DNA of 64,000 bases from the human T2T-CHM13v2.0 reference genome, Homo sapiens. Position 1 is the first letter of the stretch; each line of letters begins with the position of its first letter. Under the pieces are notes generated by a model, which ran no database searches, was not told the DNA's origin, and saw only the letters and a program-made list of their open reading frames with translations. The DNA is taken from NCBI RefSeq assembly GCF_009914755.1, contig NC_060943.1; one strand, 5' to 3'. Shown piece by piece: positions 48,243 through 63,618 of the stretch. Made by a program: the position numbers and the translations under genes.

Positions 48243-48529
48243 GGAAAAAGATGTACTTCTGTGACTTCTCTTTGCCCTGCCTCTGAATGGGAGTGCTTAC
48301 TGAAGGTGTCTAGTCTCTGTTCCACCATTCTAGAGCAGGTGCACATTGGGGTGGGCAGTCCAATCCCTTGGCTTATAGCTTCAAGTCTCTGGAGCAAGAG
48401 GAACTCCATTAAACTGGGGCGGAAGTGTCTGATATGTGTGAGAAGCAAAACATTTAATGACGATAAGTGCAGTCTTTGCTAGTGCTTAGCACTGCACGTT
48501 TCTACATCTGCTTGTCCTCCTTCCAGACA

Positions 48530-48830
48530 CACAGTACGATTGCACTTCCTACCCCCTGGAAGTGAAGCACGGCCACCCGACTTGCTTTGGCCAAAGAAGG
48601 TAAACATTATGGCTTCTGAGTGGAAGTATTTAGTTACTGGCACAAGACTTCCCAATGCTCTCCCTGCCACTGTCACCGTGATGGTCCAGAAGGTGACAGC
48701 TCCTCATCTCGGAAGCCAGAGTAAGGACAACAAAAAGCAGAGCCCTCACTGATCTGAGATCAACATGTCATCTAAATGTTTGGTTTTGGTTGTTTAGGTT
48801 GGGGGCTGGTTGTCACCATGGCCCATCCTG
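48530..48830 (+). mobile_element. MLT1I/J-like LTR remnant
   Basis: cacttcctaccccctggaagt...gacttgctttggccaa...agcagagccc. Confidence 0.5.
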
Positions 48831-49019
48831 ATGGAACTCAGTAGTCAAGGGGAGAATGTACGCCAGGCGGGGAAACCAGAGATGCCCAGCACCCCCCAGA
48901 AAGTCAGATTTCCTTAAGCCCAGTCTGGGATGTGTCACCTGGCTGCTCTGGCAAGGTAATGTGGTTTGATAGCTGTTGAGCTATTGTTGTAATGTCGTAA
49001 CGTATTTCAATGGCCATTT

Positions 49020-49092
49020 TTCTTTTTCTTTTTCTTTTAAGATGGAGACTAGCTTTGTCACCCAGGCTGGAGTGCAGTGGCAGAATCTCAGC
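49020..49092 (-). mobile_element. Short 5'-truncated Alu
   Basis: T tail plus tgtcacccaggctggagtgcagtggc; degenerate TSD caat(g/a)gc(ca/tg)tttttc. Confidence 0.8.
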
Positions 49093-49742
49093 AATAGCTG
49101 TTTTTCTGTTCTTGAGTTGGGAGAGACTTAGCTCTGTGAGGCTCAGGAGAAGAGGCCTGGTTCTAAGAAAGGTTGGCCAGGCCTTTTCTTCCACAGCCAT
49201 TTTGCTTTTAAATTCAGCCTTCCGGGCATGTAAGAACAACCATAAGAGCTTCCTAATCTGTCAGGGAAGGAAAGGACCGCTGCAGTGGCTGGAAAGTGGT
49301 GCACACCGCCATGCGGGTCATCGGCCTTCGCATATTGTTTCTGCTGAGTAGTCCTGAGTACAGAGCCCAGAAACCTGGTTTGAGTCCTCACTGTCCACAA
49401 ACTCATTGAGTGGTCTGGGACTGACTCCATGTACATATCCTGTACTTTGGGAAAAAATGAGTGAGAGTTTTGAAGTCAAACTGCTTTGGGTTCAAATTCC
49501 TCAATCTGCTGTGACCTTAAATGAAGAACCTTAAGTCCTGTCTGCTTCCATTTTCTCATCTGTAATGTGGACTTCCTAGAATAACAGGAACTGGCCAGTA
49601 GAACTGGGAGAAGTGAGTGACTAAATGGATGAAAGGCCTGAACCCGGCTCCTGGCAAGGAGAATGCATTGATGGTCAGTAGCATCTTCATCATCTTCATC
49701 ATCATCATCACTACCCTGACCAGATGGGGGTATTTCACAGTC

Positions 49743-50046
49743 TTTTTTTTTGTTTGTTTGTTTTTGAGATGGGGTCTTGCTCTGTCATCCAGACTGGAGT
49801 GCAGTGGCACGATCTCGGCTCACTGAAACCTCTGCCTCCTGAGTTCAAGCGATTCTCCTGCCTCAGCTCTCAAGTAGCTGGGGTTACAGATGCCTGCCAC
49901 CATGCCCAGCTAATTTTTGTATTTTTAATAAAGATGGAATTTCACCATGTTGGCCAGGCTGGTCTCAAACTCCTGACCTCAGGCGATCCGCCCGCCTCGG
50001 CCTCCCAAAGTGCTGGGATTACAGGCATGCACCACCGTGCCCAGCC
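49743..50046 (-). mobile_element. AluS
   Basis: TSD tttcacagtct. Confidence 0.95.
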
Positions 50047-50122
50047 TGTTTCACAGTCTGGTGTGAATATAAGATGCAGATGGCTCTGAGTAACTTGTTC
50101 CCAATCACCACCCCACCTACCC

Positions 50123-50197
50123 TGTGTGCCTCAGAGTTCCCTGTGCCTCAGAGTTCCTCGTGTGCCTCAGAGTTCCCTGTGCCTCAGAGTTCCTCGC
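50123..50197 (+). repeat. Tandem repeat, 4 x tgtgcctcagagttcc (2 x ~36-bp higher-order unit)
   Basis: Directly visible. Confidence 0.9.
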
Positions 50198-50432
50198 TCA
50201 GGACCAGCGCCAAAAAGGAAATTGACAAATATGTGGTGGATTCAATTGGTTAAATGGCTGATCTCCAAGGTGTGTCCCAAACAAAACCAACAACTTCCCA
50301 AGCTGGTCTCATTCAACAATGTTGCTGAATGTGGTAGTGTTCATAAAATTCCAACACAAGTAGTTCCAAAAATGAAAAATACACCACCAAATGCCAACAC
50401 CACACCAAAACCAATGGCAAATACCACCCCCC

Positions 50433-50727
<295 letters not shown>

Positions 50728-51747
50728 CAAATACCCTTTACCCTCATCTGATCTACATATGAGTGAACAATCAATTGATCTGCTGTATTTCCCACAGCAG
50801 ATCATTATTCTCATCAGAGTATAGACATAATCCAGGAGTGCTGTGTTTCAGTGTGGCCCCGAAGGAGTTAAGTGAAATAAAGAATATTATCAATATTGTA
50901 TCAGTCACAGATGAGAAACTGCATACCAGGATCAGTGTAATTCATTCATTGGTTTATGGACACCGGGTCCTCCAGGGACTGTCACAAATCCACTTGATGT
51001 TCCTGAGTGAGAGATTTAGCATTTGGATCTTTGATTTAGCTGAAAGATGTGTAAAAACTCATGCAGTCAGACAACTCCCTACAGGCGATTCATCTCTGTT
51101 GGCTTTTACGTAACAGTTATTCCAATCAAGTGTCAGCAGTAACTTAAGCTCTGTAACTTGCCTCTGAATTCACATTTGTGAGATGCTGGGACATGAAGAA
51201 ACAGTGGCAGGGACAAGAAGGCCCTTCTGGGAGAAGGAAGCCTTCTTGCTCTTTTTGTTTCTTTGGAAGTGGCAGACACACCTGGGGAGTTAGTGTTCTG
51301 AGGGAGGAGGCAGCCTCTGGCTTCTGAGGCTTTGGTCTTGCATGAGGTCTTGTGTTTCTTGTGCAGAGTGCCAGGTTGGGGTGGTGGGGGGAGAGCATGA
51401 TTCCTGGGAGACAGGGGCACTGAGGGTCCTCAGAGCAGCTGTTGGGGTCTTACAGGAACCTCAGGTCCACAGCTGCTCCCTGGCTAGCTCAGCAGGGACG
51501 GAAGATCTGAAGACCTGCATCTGATCGGTTAACCCAGGTGAGAGGCATAACTCTGAAGTTATGACCGTATGGATAGTGCTTAGCGGTTTCTTCTGCCAGA
51601 ATTTCTCCTGTGTCCCTCACCACAGAGGCCTCTGTCCTGCACTAAGTCTCTTTGATATCTCATCACCTGTGTCAAAAGTGAAGGGAGGAGAGAAGGCCAA
51701 GGATTGCTTGTCTCAGTGCCTCCAGAGAGAGTGAAAGTGCAAGTGGA

Positions 51748-52340
<593 letters not shown>

Positions 52341-53169
52341 GTGCAAGTGGACTGTTCTGTGGATAATTTAAGATAGATAAATAAAGCAATGCAATGGCCT
52401 ATCCACATGAAGTGGCCTCCAGTATCACTGTTATTAACAGATGATGTTTAAGATGTGTTTGGTGAGTGCTGGCCCATGTTGGAGAAAGCCCTTCCGAGAA
52501 TAAAGCATTCATTCCTCAAGCAAACTTGAAAAGAAAGCTCATGAACCATCCCCATTTTATAGAGAAGGAAACTAAGGTGTAGAGTGGTTCATAAATTGAG
52601 TAAGGTCATACGGCTGGTAAAATGGCAAAGCTGGACTTCGGGACCGACTCTGTTGACCTCCGATGCGATGCTCACAACCACTGTGTTAGCTCAGTTTTGT
52701 AGCATGGTGGAGAGCTATGCCATCTCACCCATCAATTGTTGAGGGTGTTTGCAGGCTGGTGAAGGGGCAGTCAGGCATTTCCCTGGGTGGAGAGTGGGGG
52801 CGGCTTTCCAGCTTCCTGAGGAAGCAATTCACAGGCAGTTCAGCTGTGATTATATTACAGGTACCAGAGGAGGAACCTGTGGAGACATCTCCAAGCAAGG
52901 AAACTGGCACAAGGACCCCATCATGCTGGGCTCTGAGCTGGAGGGTCCAGAGTAAGGTGTTGCCAAATCCCACATTCAAGTTCCCTCTCACAGTCAATGC
53001 TTGCCTTCTAGCCAGAGAAGAACTGGCGGTGAGAAGCAGACCCACTGAGGCAGTACAAGAAATTAGCCAGGCAGATGACAGCTCTGAAGGAAATTACACA
53101 GAAGGCAGCGCAGAAAGAGCTGGAAAACACAAGGCACTGAGATGCCTACAGGATGAAGCGAAGGTCTTT

Positions 53170-53486
<317 letters not shown>

Positions 53487-54381
53487 AAAGGTCCCTTCTT
53501 AATAGAGGTTCTAGAAGGATGGAATGGAGAGGAGATGAAAGTGGCAATTTCTGGAGAGATTATGGATAAGAATTTTCCAGACCTGATGAAAGACATGAAT
53601 CTTCAGAATCAAGAATCACAGAGTTCCAAGCAGGAGATGAAAAATAATAAATCCACAACAGGATACATCACAGTAAAACAACAACAATGACGACAAAAAA
53701 AAAAGAGAAAAACATTAGCCTAGGTCAAAAGGGTATTTATTAAAGAGACACGAGGGAGTCTTTGGGGCTCTGGGGCATCGTCAGGCAGCTGCTGGGACCT
53801 CAGTAGACTCTGTGACCAGTGGCACAGTGCTTCCTCTTCAGTGTCGTGTTTTCTGTTTCCTACTCTACCCTGGGACTTGAGAGTGTGCAAGACTGAGCAG
53901 CCAACACCTACAGGGGAAGGCGGGAATGAAACCCAGCAAGAAAAGGTCCCTCCATCCTTGGTGGTGGTTCTGCCAGCCTCACCCACACCTTTGATCCAGA
54001 GGAGGTGGAGCGGAAAGGGACAGGGCCTCAGCCACAGCAGACTTGCATGCATTTACCACTTACCCTTTGAGGAAGAGAGCCGGGAGTGGTCCAGGAAAGA
54101 AGTCTCCTTTTTCTTGTCAAATACCCATTAGGTGAGACGGTTGTGTAAAGCCCCTGGCACATAGTACATGCTCAGTAAAGCCAAGAGAGGCGTTTGCTTG
54201 AGAGCAGGTACTGTGCACCAGCAGTCTCTATGTGCGACAGTCAGTTCTCACCAGGAGCTGCTTGAGAGGGAGGTTCTATCATCCCTATCTTACAGAGATT
54301 GTCTCCTTGCTAGTGAAGCCCACAGAGGTACCAGAACATGAACTCAGGCAGTCCAGTTTCAGAGTGGTCATGAAATTTAAC

Positions 54382-54659
54382 TTTTTTTTTAAATAAATGG
54401 AATCTCTTCTGTCACCCAGCTGGAGTGAGGTAGCATGGTCATAGCTCACTGCAGCCTCAAACTCTTGAGATCAAGCAGTCCTCCTGCCTTACCCTCCCAA
54501 GTAGATATGATTACAGGTGCATACCACTTGGTTACTTTATTTGTAGAGATGGGGTCTTGCTACATTGGCCAGGCTGGTCTCAAACTCCAGGCTTCAAGTG
54601 ATCCTCCACACCTTGGCCTTCCAAAGTGCTGAGGTTACAGGCATGAGCCACTGCACCCA
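54382..54659 (-). mobile_element. AluJ
   Basis: gtcatagctcactgcagcctcaaactc; TSD catgaaattt. Confidence 0.88.
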
Positions 54660-56379
54660 CATGAAATTTTAAATATTTTCTAAAGGAACCACAGAGCTGT
54701 CAAACTGTGGAATAGGGTAAGTGCATAAAATGACATTTTGGAAAAATGAATGGGGACGTTTTAATTTTACATCCCCAGAATTCAACCCAGCCATGTGTAG
54801 GGAACACCTACCGTGTGCATAATCTGCTTTCAATCCGAGGGAGTGACTTCGGGCACAGCTTGTCCACAAGGTCAGCAAGTGGCAGGGGTGAGGGGGTAGT
54901 GAAAGTGAGCGCTCTCGTGCGATGGGGAAGCCCGGAGTCCTGGGTCCTGCGTGCATTTATCTCCTCTGCTGGCCCCGGGGAGCTGGGGACAGCTCATATG
55001 CAGTGGCTTCCTCAGGCTCCAGTGTTTTAAGAGCCCTGGCTTGAAGCAGTTCCATTTGGGAGAGTTTCTCCCTAGCATTTGGTATGGAATTATTACCAAA
55101 TGCTAGAGAGGAACCCTGCCAAATGCTGTATATCAGCTAAAACCCACACTCCTAAACAATGAAATATTTATAATAAAAACAGACCCCGGAGAGGGGCACG
55201 GGCTGGGGCGCTCAGCTGCTGAGGGGCTCATGGCTCAGGTGTTCTGAGTGGGTCTTGCCTGCTGGTACAGGTATTGCCGTCAGGGCAGCACGCGCCAGGC
55301 AGTGCGGGGTGTAGCTGGACCAGGTCTAGCTCATGAAGAGAGGAGAAACTGTGGGTCTTGCCATCGCCTCAAGCCCCAGAAGACACAGCTGAGCTTCTTC
55401 CTCCCTAGAAGCCCTCCTCCCCTCCTCGTACAGTGCTCGGCATTCAGCAGGCACTCAATAAATGCTGCCTGCCCGCAAGCGTGGATACTTCCAGTAACAG
55501 CAAAACCTTGCTCATCAGGAACCCACAGGGAATGGGATCCAGACAGCTGAGTTTTCGAGAGGGAGCCGTAAATTATTTTCATGTAACATTTTCAGATGGA
55601 AATATCTCTAAGATGCGGTGAACATTTCCCTTCCTTCTTGCTTGGAGAATGTGGAACACCATTAACCTTTCTGTAATGGCCCAGGGTTGCCGCTGTGAAC
55701 CTCCGCTGCTGAGCGGGAGGTAATGCAGCCCTCCGGGCTTGCGAGGTGTGCTGGGGTGTTTGCCCTCTGCTAATGGCCTCTGTTCTCGGAGCTTCCTTCA
55801 GTCTCACGGCCGATTTCCTAGAGATTTTTGAGTTCTTCCCTCGCCATCAGGCCTCTAGTTGTCACTGTCATCGGTGTGGTCATCTCTCCCTTCCTAAATT
55901 GCCATTTCTAATTGGCTGTGGACTAGAAACCAGAACTCTAGGCTTATGAGAGTGACTGTGAAGTCAGCATTCATCTGCTTTGATGAAGCATCTGATAGGC
56001 CTGAGTTAAGGGCAGAACCTTCAGGCTTTGCAGCCCCTGTGCCGGCCATGGAGAGTCATTCTTGTGTTTCTCCTTGATTTACAGCCACAGTTCGGAAAAG
56101 GGAGGCTACAGCCTGAGAGGTAGCTGCTCTTCATCTGAGTTGCACAGAAAACCCTGAACACACTTATCACCCATCTCTAAATTCCCTACGGACACCAGAG
56201 CTTGCAAACTGTTTCAAGAGAACCACACTGCTTATGATCTTCACCTTTTAACAATAAACAAAGCACGTTGACTATTGCTTCCCTGTTTGGAAGATCAGGA
56301 AATTGAGGCTGAGGAAGAGATCACAGGAGACTGATTCTATAGCTTGGAGCCACCCTTAGGTGGGGATTTGGTTAGAGCC

Positions 56380-56760
56380 TGAACAAGTCCAGATTCCAGG
56401 AGGAACAAGATGCATGGGTAAGTGGTGCCTGAGGGTGTCTGAAACAGGGCATTTACAGCGGTATGGGCGGGGCTGAGGGAACCGCAGTGGATGGAGAGTC
56501 TCAGGGGCCAGCAACTCGGGAGGTCATTCTATCCCTCTTTGTGTCCCCAGTTATGAGCACAGGGACTCCATATATGGCAAGGGGAAGGGACAGAGTCCTA
56601 GGACATGGAGTTCCACGAGGGGGCAGCCCACAGGAGTGAGGTGGTAGCCAGAGGAGCCCAGACATTCCCATACCATGGCCTGCTGGGGGTTAGGTGGGGG
56701 ACCCCACACTCTCTTTCCTCCGGCCCTCCAGCCTCTTGCTGGTACCTCCCATTGCTGCAC
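56380..56760. mobile_element. Old ERVL-class LTR remnant (LTR67B-like)
   Basis: ttacagcggtatgggcggggctgagggaacc...ggccagcaac...ccctccagcctcttgctggtacctcccattg. Confidence 0.45.
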
Positions 56761-57441
56761 TGATCTTCATGATCATGCCTGAGGACAAAGGAGTTTGGGG
56801 TTGGAGTCTGCAGACATCCAAGCGGCTCGGCCTCCCGGGGCCCAGCGTGGGGCACAGGAGGAGGGAAAGTAGATCAGGATGTACGCGGAAGAATCAGCAC
56901 AGAGCCTGACATCAGTGAGGTTGTCCCACATCAGCACAGGCTCTGCAGATGTTTCCCTACGGCTTGCCAGCTCTGCCCACGAGCACTCGTCCTGCCAGGT
57001 GGGATGGCTCGGCTGTTGGTGAACCTGCAGGCTTGGCAGGGCCTCTGAGACACGTGCCTTATCTCCACGGCAGAGAGGCAAATTGTGCGTAAGTCCTGCT
57101 GTAAGCCTTCTAGACCAAGCTGGCTGCTCCTCACCCCTTCTTCCTTTCCAACTTAGCCCTGCTTAGCTGGAAAGATCAGGCAGGAGGAGGGCAGGGTGGA
57201 GCAGTGGGAAGTGCACACACGAGCCTGGAAAACAGGCTCCTGGACCTAGCCAGGCCCACCTCTTCCTCGCATATCTTCCCTGAGCTCTCAGTTTCTGCAT
57301 CAGTAAAGTGGAATAATCCATCCCCAGGCTTAGTTGTTGTGAGGGGGAAGGAGAAGGAAGGTGAGGGAGCCCTTGATCAATTCTAAGGGACTGTGCAAGG
57401 GAGAGATGCTGAGTTTGAGGTTCTCATTGCCTGAGGAAGGA

Positions 57442-57736
57442 TTTTTTTTTTTTTTTAGATGGAGTCTTGCTCTGTCGCCCAGGCTGGAGTGCAGTGGCAC
57501 AATCTTGGCTCACTGCAACCTCCGCCTCCCAATTCAAGTGATTCTCCTGCCTCAGCCTCCTGAGTAGCTGGAATTACAGGTGTGTGCCACCATGCCCAGC
57601 TAATTTTTGTATTTTTAGTAGAGATGAGGTTTCACCATGTTGGCCAGGCTGGTCTCAAACTCCTGACCTCAAATGATCCACCCGCCTCAACCTCCCAAAG
57701 TGCTGGGGTTACAGGCGTGAGCCACCATGCCTGGCC
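57442..57736 (-). mobile_element. AluS
   Basis: Reverse Alu dimer. Confidence 0.95.
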
Positions 57737-57761
57737 CCCTTCTTTCCTTCTGCAGAGGGAA

Positions 57762-58130
57762 TGTATTGGTCCATTCTCACACTGCTATAAAGAACTACCT
57801 GAGACTGGGTAATTTATGAAGAAAAGAGGTTTAATTGACTCACAGTTCCACAGGCTTAACAGGGAGCATTATTGGGAGGCCTCAGGAAACTTACAATCAT
57901 GGTGGAAGGTGAAGGGGAAGCAGGCACCTTCTTCTCATGGTGGCAGAATAGAGAGAGAGTGAAGGGGGAAATGCCACATACTTTTATACCATCAGATCTC
58001 GTGAGAACTCACTCACTACCATGAGAACAGCAAGGGGGAAATCCGCCCCCATGAGCCAATCACCTCCCACCAGACCCCTCCTCTAATTCCACATGAGATT
58101 TGGGCGGGGACACAAATCCAAACCATATCA
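57762..58130 (-). mobile_element. THE1D/MSTA-like MaLR solo LTR
   Basis: tgtattggtccattctcacactgctataaagaactacctgagactggg...aaaccatatca; TSD ggga(a/g). Confidence 0.9.
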
Positions 58131-58392
58131 GGGAGGAAGTCCTATGGGCCTGTAGGGACTTATCAGGTGATCAGGCGCTGGGCTATGGTTGGGATTGGAG
58201 GGTGGGCAGAACCCGGAGAGTGGCCTGAGCCAGCCCACCCACCTCCAGTGCTCAGCAGGTGGTGGGGGGTTCCCTCACAACTCTGTCCAAAGCACACCTG
58301 GGTCAGGTGTTTCCCTCTCTCCCATGAACCGCTCTCTGTCCTACCTTCCCCAAACTGGAAATATAGGTGTTTCGTTGATTTAAAATATTTGT

Positions 58393-58557
58393 TCCAAGGC
58401 ATGGTGGCTCATAACTGTAATCTCAGTTACTTGGAAGGCTGAGGTGGGAGGATCACTTGAGCCCAGGGATTTGAGGCTTCAGTGAGCTATGATGTTGCCA
58501 CCACACTCCAGCCTAAGTAACAGAGCAAGACTCTGTCTCTGAAAACAACAACAACAA
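58393..58557 (+). mobile_element. Alu monomer (FRAM or AluJ right arm)
   Basis: gaggtgggaggatcacttgagcccagg...gagctatgat...actccagcc. Confidence 0.8.
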
Positions 58558-59425
58558 AGTTTGTTAATATGCCCATTGTATAAAATTTAGAAGACTCTGA
58601 AATCTATCAAGAACAAAAGTTAAATCACGATTAATCCCACCATCCAGAAACACCATTAATATGGGGGTGAATTTCTTCCCATACCTTTGTTTTTGTATTT
58701 TTTTGCATGTAAAATTTACATGCATAAATAAGTATGCATGATGCAGTTAGAGAAAAGAGGCTGCAAGGGAACTCACCCACGTGTTAATAGTGATTGTCCT
58801 TTGGTTAATTCACAGGGAATGTCGTGGGTCACATGCACGTCTTCAGAACGAGCATATTTATAGATGCATGCATAAAACAGGCATTGTGTTGTCAATAAAG
58901 TTTTGTACCCTGCTTTTTTTTGCTTTCCCCATCTGCTAGGTCTAATTAACCAAATAATTTTGATGACTGTAGGTTTTCCCAAATTCTAAAAATCGTCGTC
59001 TTTCACTGGACACTGGTGTTTTGTGGAATGTGGTATGCATTCGTTCACTCACTCACTCAAGAGCCACACGCTGAGTCCCTGTGAGGTGGCAGCTCTGTGC
59101 TCACTGCTGAGGACACCGAGAGGAAAAGTCCCGTCCCTGCCCGTGGAGAGCTCCTGCTTTAACGCTAATGGCCAGGCTGAGGCCGTGCATAGCAGACTTT
59201 AGCACGAGGACTCATGGAGTGTTTCTTGTCCCCACGGGGTGCAGCCCAGAGCTGGATGTGCACCACACTGGCGTGCAGCCTTCACTCTCCCTGACCAATG
59301 CAAATCCACCCTTCTCTCTTTCACAACATCCATGTCTTAGATGATACTTCGCACCCAAACCCTCCACGTGCAGGCAGCCTGCCCTCCCCCTTTCTCCCCC
59401 AGGAAAGCCCTCTCTTGGCTGGTGA

Positions 59426-59819
<394 letters not shown>

Positions 59820-60224
59820 GAGATTGATTCTTAAAGGTAATCTTTTAAATGTTTTCCTCTGGGACTCGGCTTCCAGAATCTCAGTTCTGATGTGTTGCTT
59901 TTCGTAATGTAACAGGACACATTCTTAGACGGGGTGGGAGAGCCAGCGACAGAATTCGTCTGGCAAACGTTGTCTTATCCTGGGTTTATCCAGGTGTGCA
60001 GCTCTGTAGCCACTGTGTGCTGCTGAGGCGACACTTCCTCCCGGGGCACAGTGGGAAATGTGTTCCTCCTGTCCTCTATGGTAGATGCTTCTCACTAAGC
60101 CTGGGACTTCCAAGTGGCAGAGACATATCTTCTATCGTTAGAAAACCCTCACTTGCTTATGTACTCAGCCTAAAGCCCAGGTAGGTTAGAACAGAAACAT
60201 CTGAGGGTATCGTGCAAGCCCTCA

Positions 60225-60644
<420 letters not shown>

Positions 60645-60756
60645 TCATTCACAGTCCGGGCATCACAGCCATGGCAGCAGATGGTTGCTTGTAAAGGCAG
60701 TGTTGTGGGGGTACATTCAGGGGGGATGTAGCCATAACCTAATTTTGGGGGTTAAC

Positions 60757-61010
60757 TTCTTTTGTTTTTTGAGACAGAGTCTTGCTCTGTTGCCCAGGCT
60801 GAAGTGCAGTGGCATGATCTCGGCTCACTGCAATCTCTGACTCCTGCTTCAAGCTATTCTCGTGCCTCAGCCTCCCAAGTAGCTAGGATTACAGTTATGT
60901 GCCACCATGCCTTGCTAATTTTTGTATTTTTAGTAGACATGGATTTTCACCATGTTGGCCAGACTGGTCCCTAACTCCTGACCTCAAGTGATCTGCCTGC
61001 CTCGGCCTCC
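60757..61010 (-). mobile_element. AluS, 5'-truncated
   Basis: TSD gggttaacttct. Confidence 0.9.
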
Positions 61011-61789
61011 TAATGTTGGGTTAACTTCTAACTACTCTAGTGATTCAGCTGATTGCTGCTGCTAGAAAGCTGGACTTTTTCTTACATTAGCAACTGTGTT
61101 TCCACCAGTCAGGATCAGGAAGGCCAACTTCCCTGCTGTACTTGTGAAAAGATGAATAAGTAATTCATAAAATATCTGTCCATAGCCCAATAGGCATTCC
61201 ACAGAGATGACAGAAGACAGGCAAAGGGGCAAGAGGGAGCCCAGATGCAATGCAGTCCCCAAATCAAGTTCCCTTTTGTAAAGTGCGTCACCTGCAAATG
61301 CCTATTGTGAAAGAGAAAGCGCATCACCCATGCTGTGGGTTCCTGACTCAGGCTGATGGGGAAAGCCAAAGCCATTTGTGACAAAAGCTAGGTGACAGGG
61401 GTAAGCCACTGGTTTGGGAGTTTGCAGTGAGGCCATTCTGAACCTGCAAAACCAGATCTGACAGTCTAAACGATTTACTAACAGGAAGTGCTCCGGATGC
61501 TGTGATGGACTTCTGTATTTACGTTGAATGAGTTGAATGAATGTCATAGGCAGAAAGAACTGCTCACTAGGGGGCCGGGACAGAGGCTGATGGAGATTCC
61601 CGTTAGCCAGGTGTGGAGCGGAGCCTCCAGGGCTTGCCAGGTATGCTGGAAACAGAACACCACACAAACATCTCTACAGCCCTGAAGTGCAAAGCTAAAT
61701 AACATGGGACATTATGAAAACGACTGTCATTCTTATTTAATTTAGAAAATCCACATAAAACATGTACACATCATGAATAAGAATAGTAA

Positions 61790-61975
61790 AGGCCTATTAT
61801 GTACCAGGTGCCATGCTAAGGGCTAATCCACTGAGTTCTCTAAACACGCTCTTTTTTCTTATGTGGAGGTTAAGGCACAGAGAGGTTATGTAACTTGCCT
61901 AAGGTCACACAGCTCTAAAATTTTGGAGCTGGGATTTGAACCCAGGTGGTCTGGCCTCAGAACCTGTGCTCTGCT
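61790..61975. mobile_element. MIR
   Basis: aggcacagagaggttatgtaacttgcctaaggtcacacagct...gagctgggatttgaacccagg. Confidence 0.8.
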
Positions 61976-62479
61976 GCTTTATGGTATTCTCCTCCCCTTC
62001 TCTTTTAGAGCAATAGAAAAATCACCACCATTGGCAAAAGTAACTCGAGGAGTTAGCAAGGGGTGAGGGGTCTGGGGAGATCTAGAAGCAGAGCTTCTGA
62101 GTGGGCAGCAGGCAGGGGAGTTGGAGCCCTAGAATGACTATATCAGGAATATTGGCTGGACACATACCTCCCTTGGATACACAGCCCATCTGGAGCTAAA
62201 GCAAAGAGATACATTGTTTTATTTGAAGCCAGCAAGGTTCAGTGGGCACTGAGAGACATCCCTGGGGTTCCCTAGAGCTGAAGGGTGAGCCGGGGACAAC
62301 AAGAACCTGTTGAAAATGGCACCACCATCAGAATTAAAAGTCCAACTAATTTGGAGCAATAGTGACTGCCTAAGGTTTATCATCCTCTTATGAGTCTGTA
62401 AGGTAAGCCATAAAGCCTCCTGTGCATAAATGGGCAAAAGGCTGGAGGAGACACAGGAAGAGAAACAAATTGGGAAGAA

Positions 62480-63030
62480 CAAGTTGGGGCAGCCTTTTTG
62501 GAAAGAAAGTTGGCAGCATCTAGGAGGGGCCCCAAAACCTTCATATGCACCGATCCAACTTCACCTCTGTCAGTGGATTCTAAGAAAACAAGCAGAGACG
62601 CAAACAAAGCTTTAACCATGAAAATGCTCTCTCCAATACTTCTAAGAGAACAACAACAACAACAACAACAAAATAGAAACAATTTAGATGCTCCAAAATA
62701 AGAGGTTGTTTAAATAAATTATGTTGCATCCATTTGATGGAACATTATGTAGCTATAAAATCATGTTTTCAAAGAATATTTAATGACATGGGGAGATACC
62801 TTGTGCTACAAGGTTAGAGAACAAAAGCAGGACACAAAATTGTTTATAAAAATGATTCAAAGTTTGCAAAAAATTGATATGCACAGAAAAATGCTCGGAA
62901 GGAAAGATACAAAAGGCTATCAGGGTGAGATTAAGAAAGATATAATCATCTTTGTACATTCCTGTGTTTTCTAATTATTCTTCAATGTGCATCAAGGACT
63001 ACTTTATATCAGAGAAAAGAACCATTAATT
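62480..63030 (+). mobile_element. L1ME 3' remnant
   Basis: gcagcctttttggaaagaaagttggcagcatc...ggttgtttaaataaattatgttgcatccat...gaatatttaatgacatggg. Confidence 0.65.
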
Positions 63031-63094
63031 TTAAAGTGTTGCAACTAATTTCTAGTGGTGGCAACACATTTTAAGCAATGCTGTTCATATGTGC

Positions 63095-63135
63095 ATTCAT
63101 TCATTCATTCATTCATTCATTCATTCATTCATTCA
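63095..63135 (+). repeat. (TTCA)n microsatellite, probably an L2 tail
   Basis: About 10 TTCA units. Confidence 0.85.
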
Positions 63136-63172
63136 GTGGTCAGTGTAGGTAAAGTGCTTAAAACAGTGCCTA

Positions 63173-63300
63173 GCCGGTTGCAGTGAACCGAGACTGCACA
63201 TTGCACTCCAGCCTGGGAGACAGAGTGACGCTCCGTCTCAAAAAATAAAAAAACAGAACAAACAAACAAAAAAATCCCACAAAAAAACAACAAACAAAAA
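63173..63300 (+). mobile_element. 5'-truncated Alu 3' end
   Basis: ggttgcagtgaaccgag...actccagcctggg; TSD agtgcct(a/g)gc. Confidence 0.85.
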
Positions 63301-63354
63301 TAAGTGCCTGGCACATAGTATGAATTATTTAAGTGTTAGATATGATTCATTAAT

Positions 63355-63618
63355 TTCTTTTTTTTCTTTTTTTAGAGGCAGATATCTTACTGCGTCATCC
63401 AGGCTGTAGAGCAGTGGTGAGATCACAGCTCACTGCAGCCTTGAACTCGTGGGCTCAAGCAATCCTCCTACCTCAGCCTCCTGAGAAGCTGGGACTACAG
63501 GCGAGTGCCACCAGACCCAGATAATTATTATTATTTTTATTTTTTTTAGAGACAGGGTCAAGCTATGATGCCCAGACTGGTCTCAAATTCCTGGCCTCAA
63601 GAGATCCTCCTGCCTCAG
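63355..63618 (-). mobile_element. AluJ, 5'-truncated
   Basis: gatcacagctcactgcagccttgaactc; TSD atta(a/g)tttctt. Confidence 0.88.
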
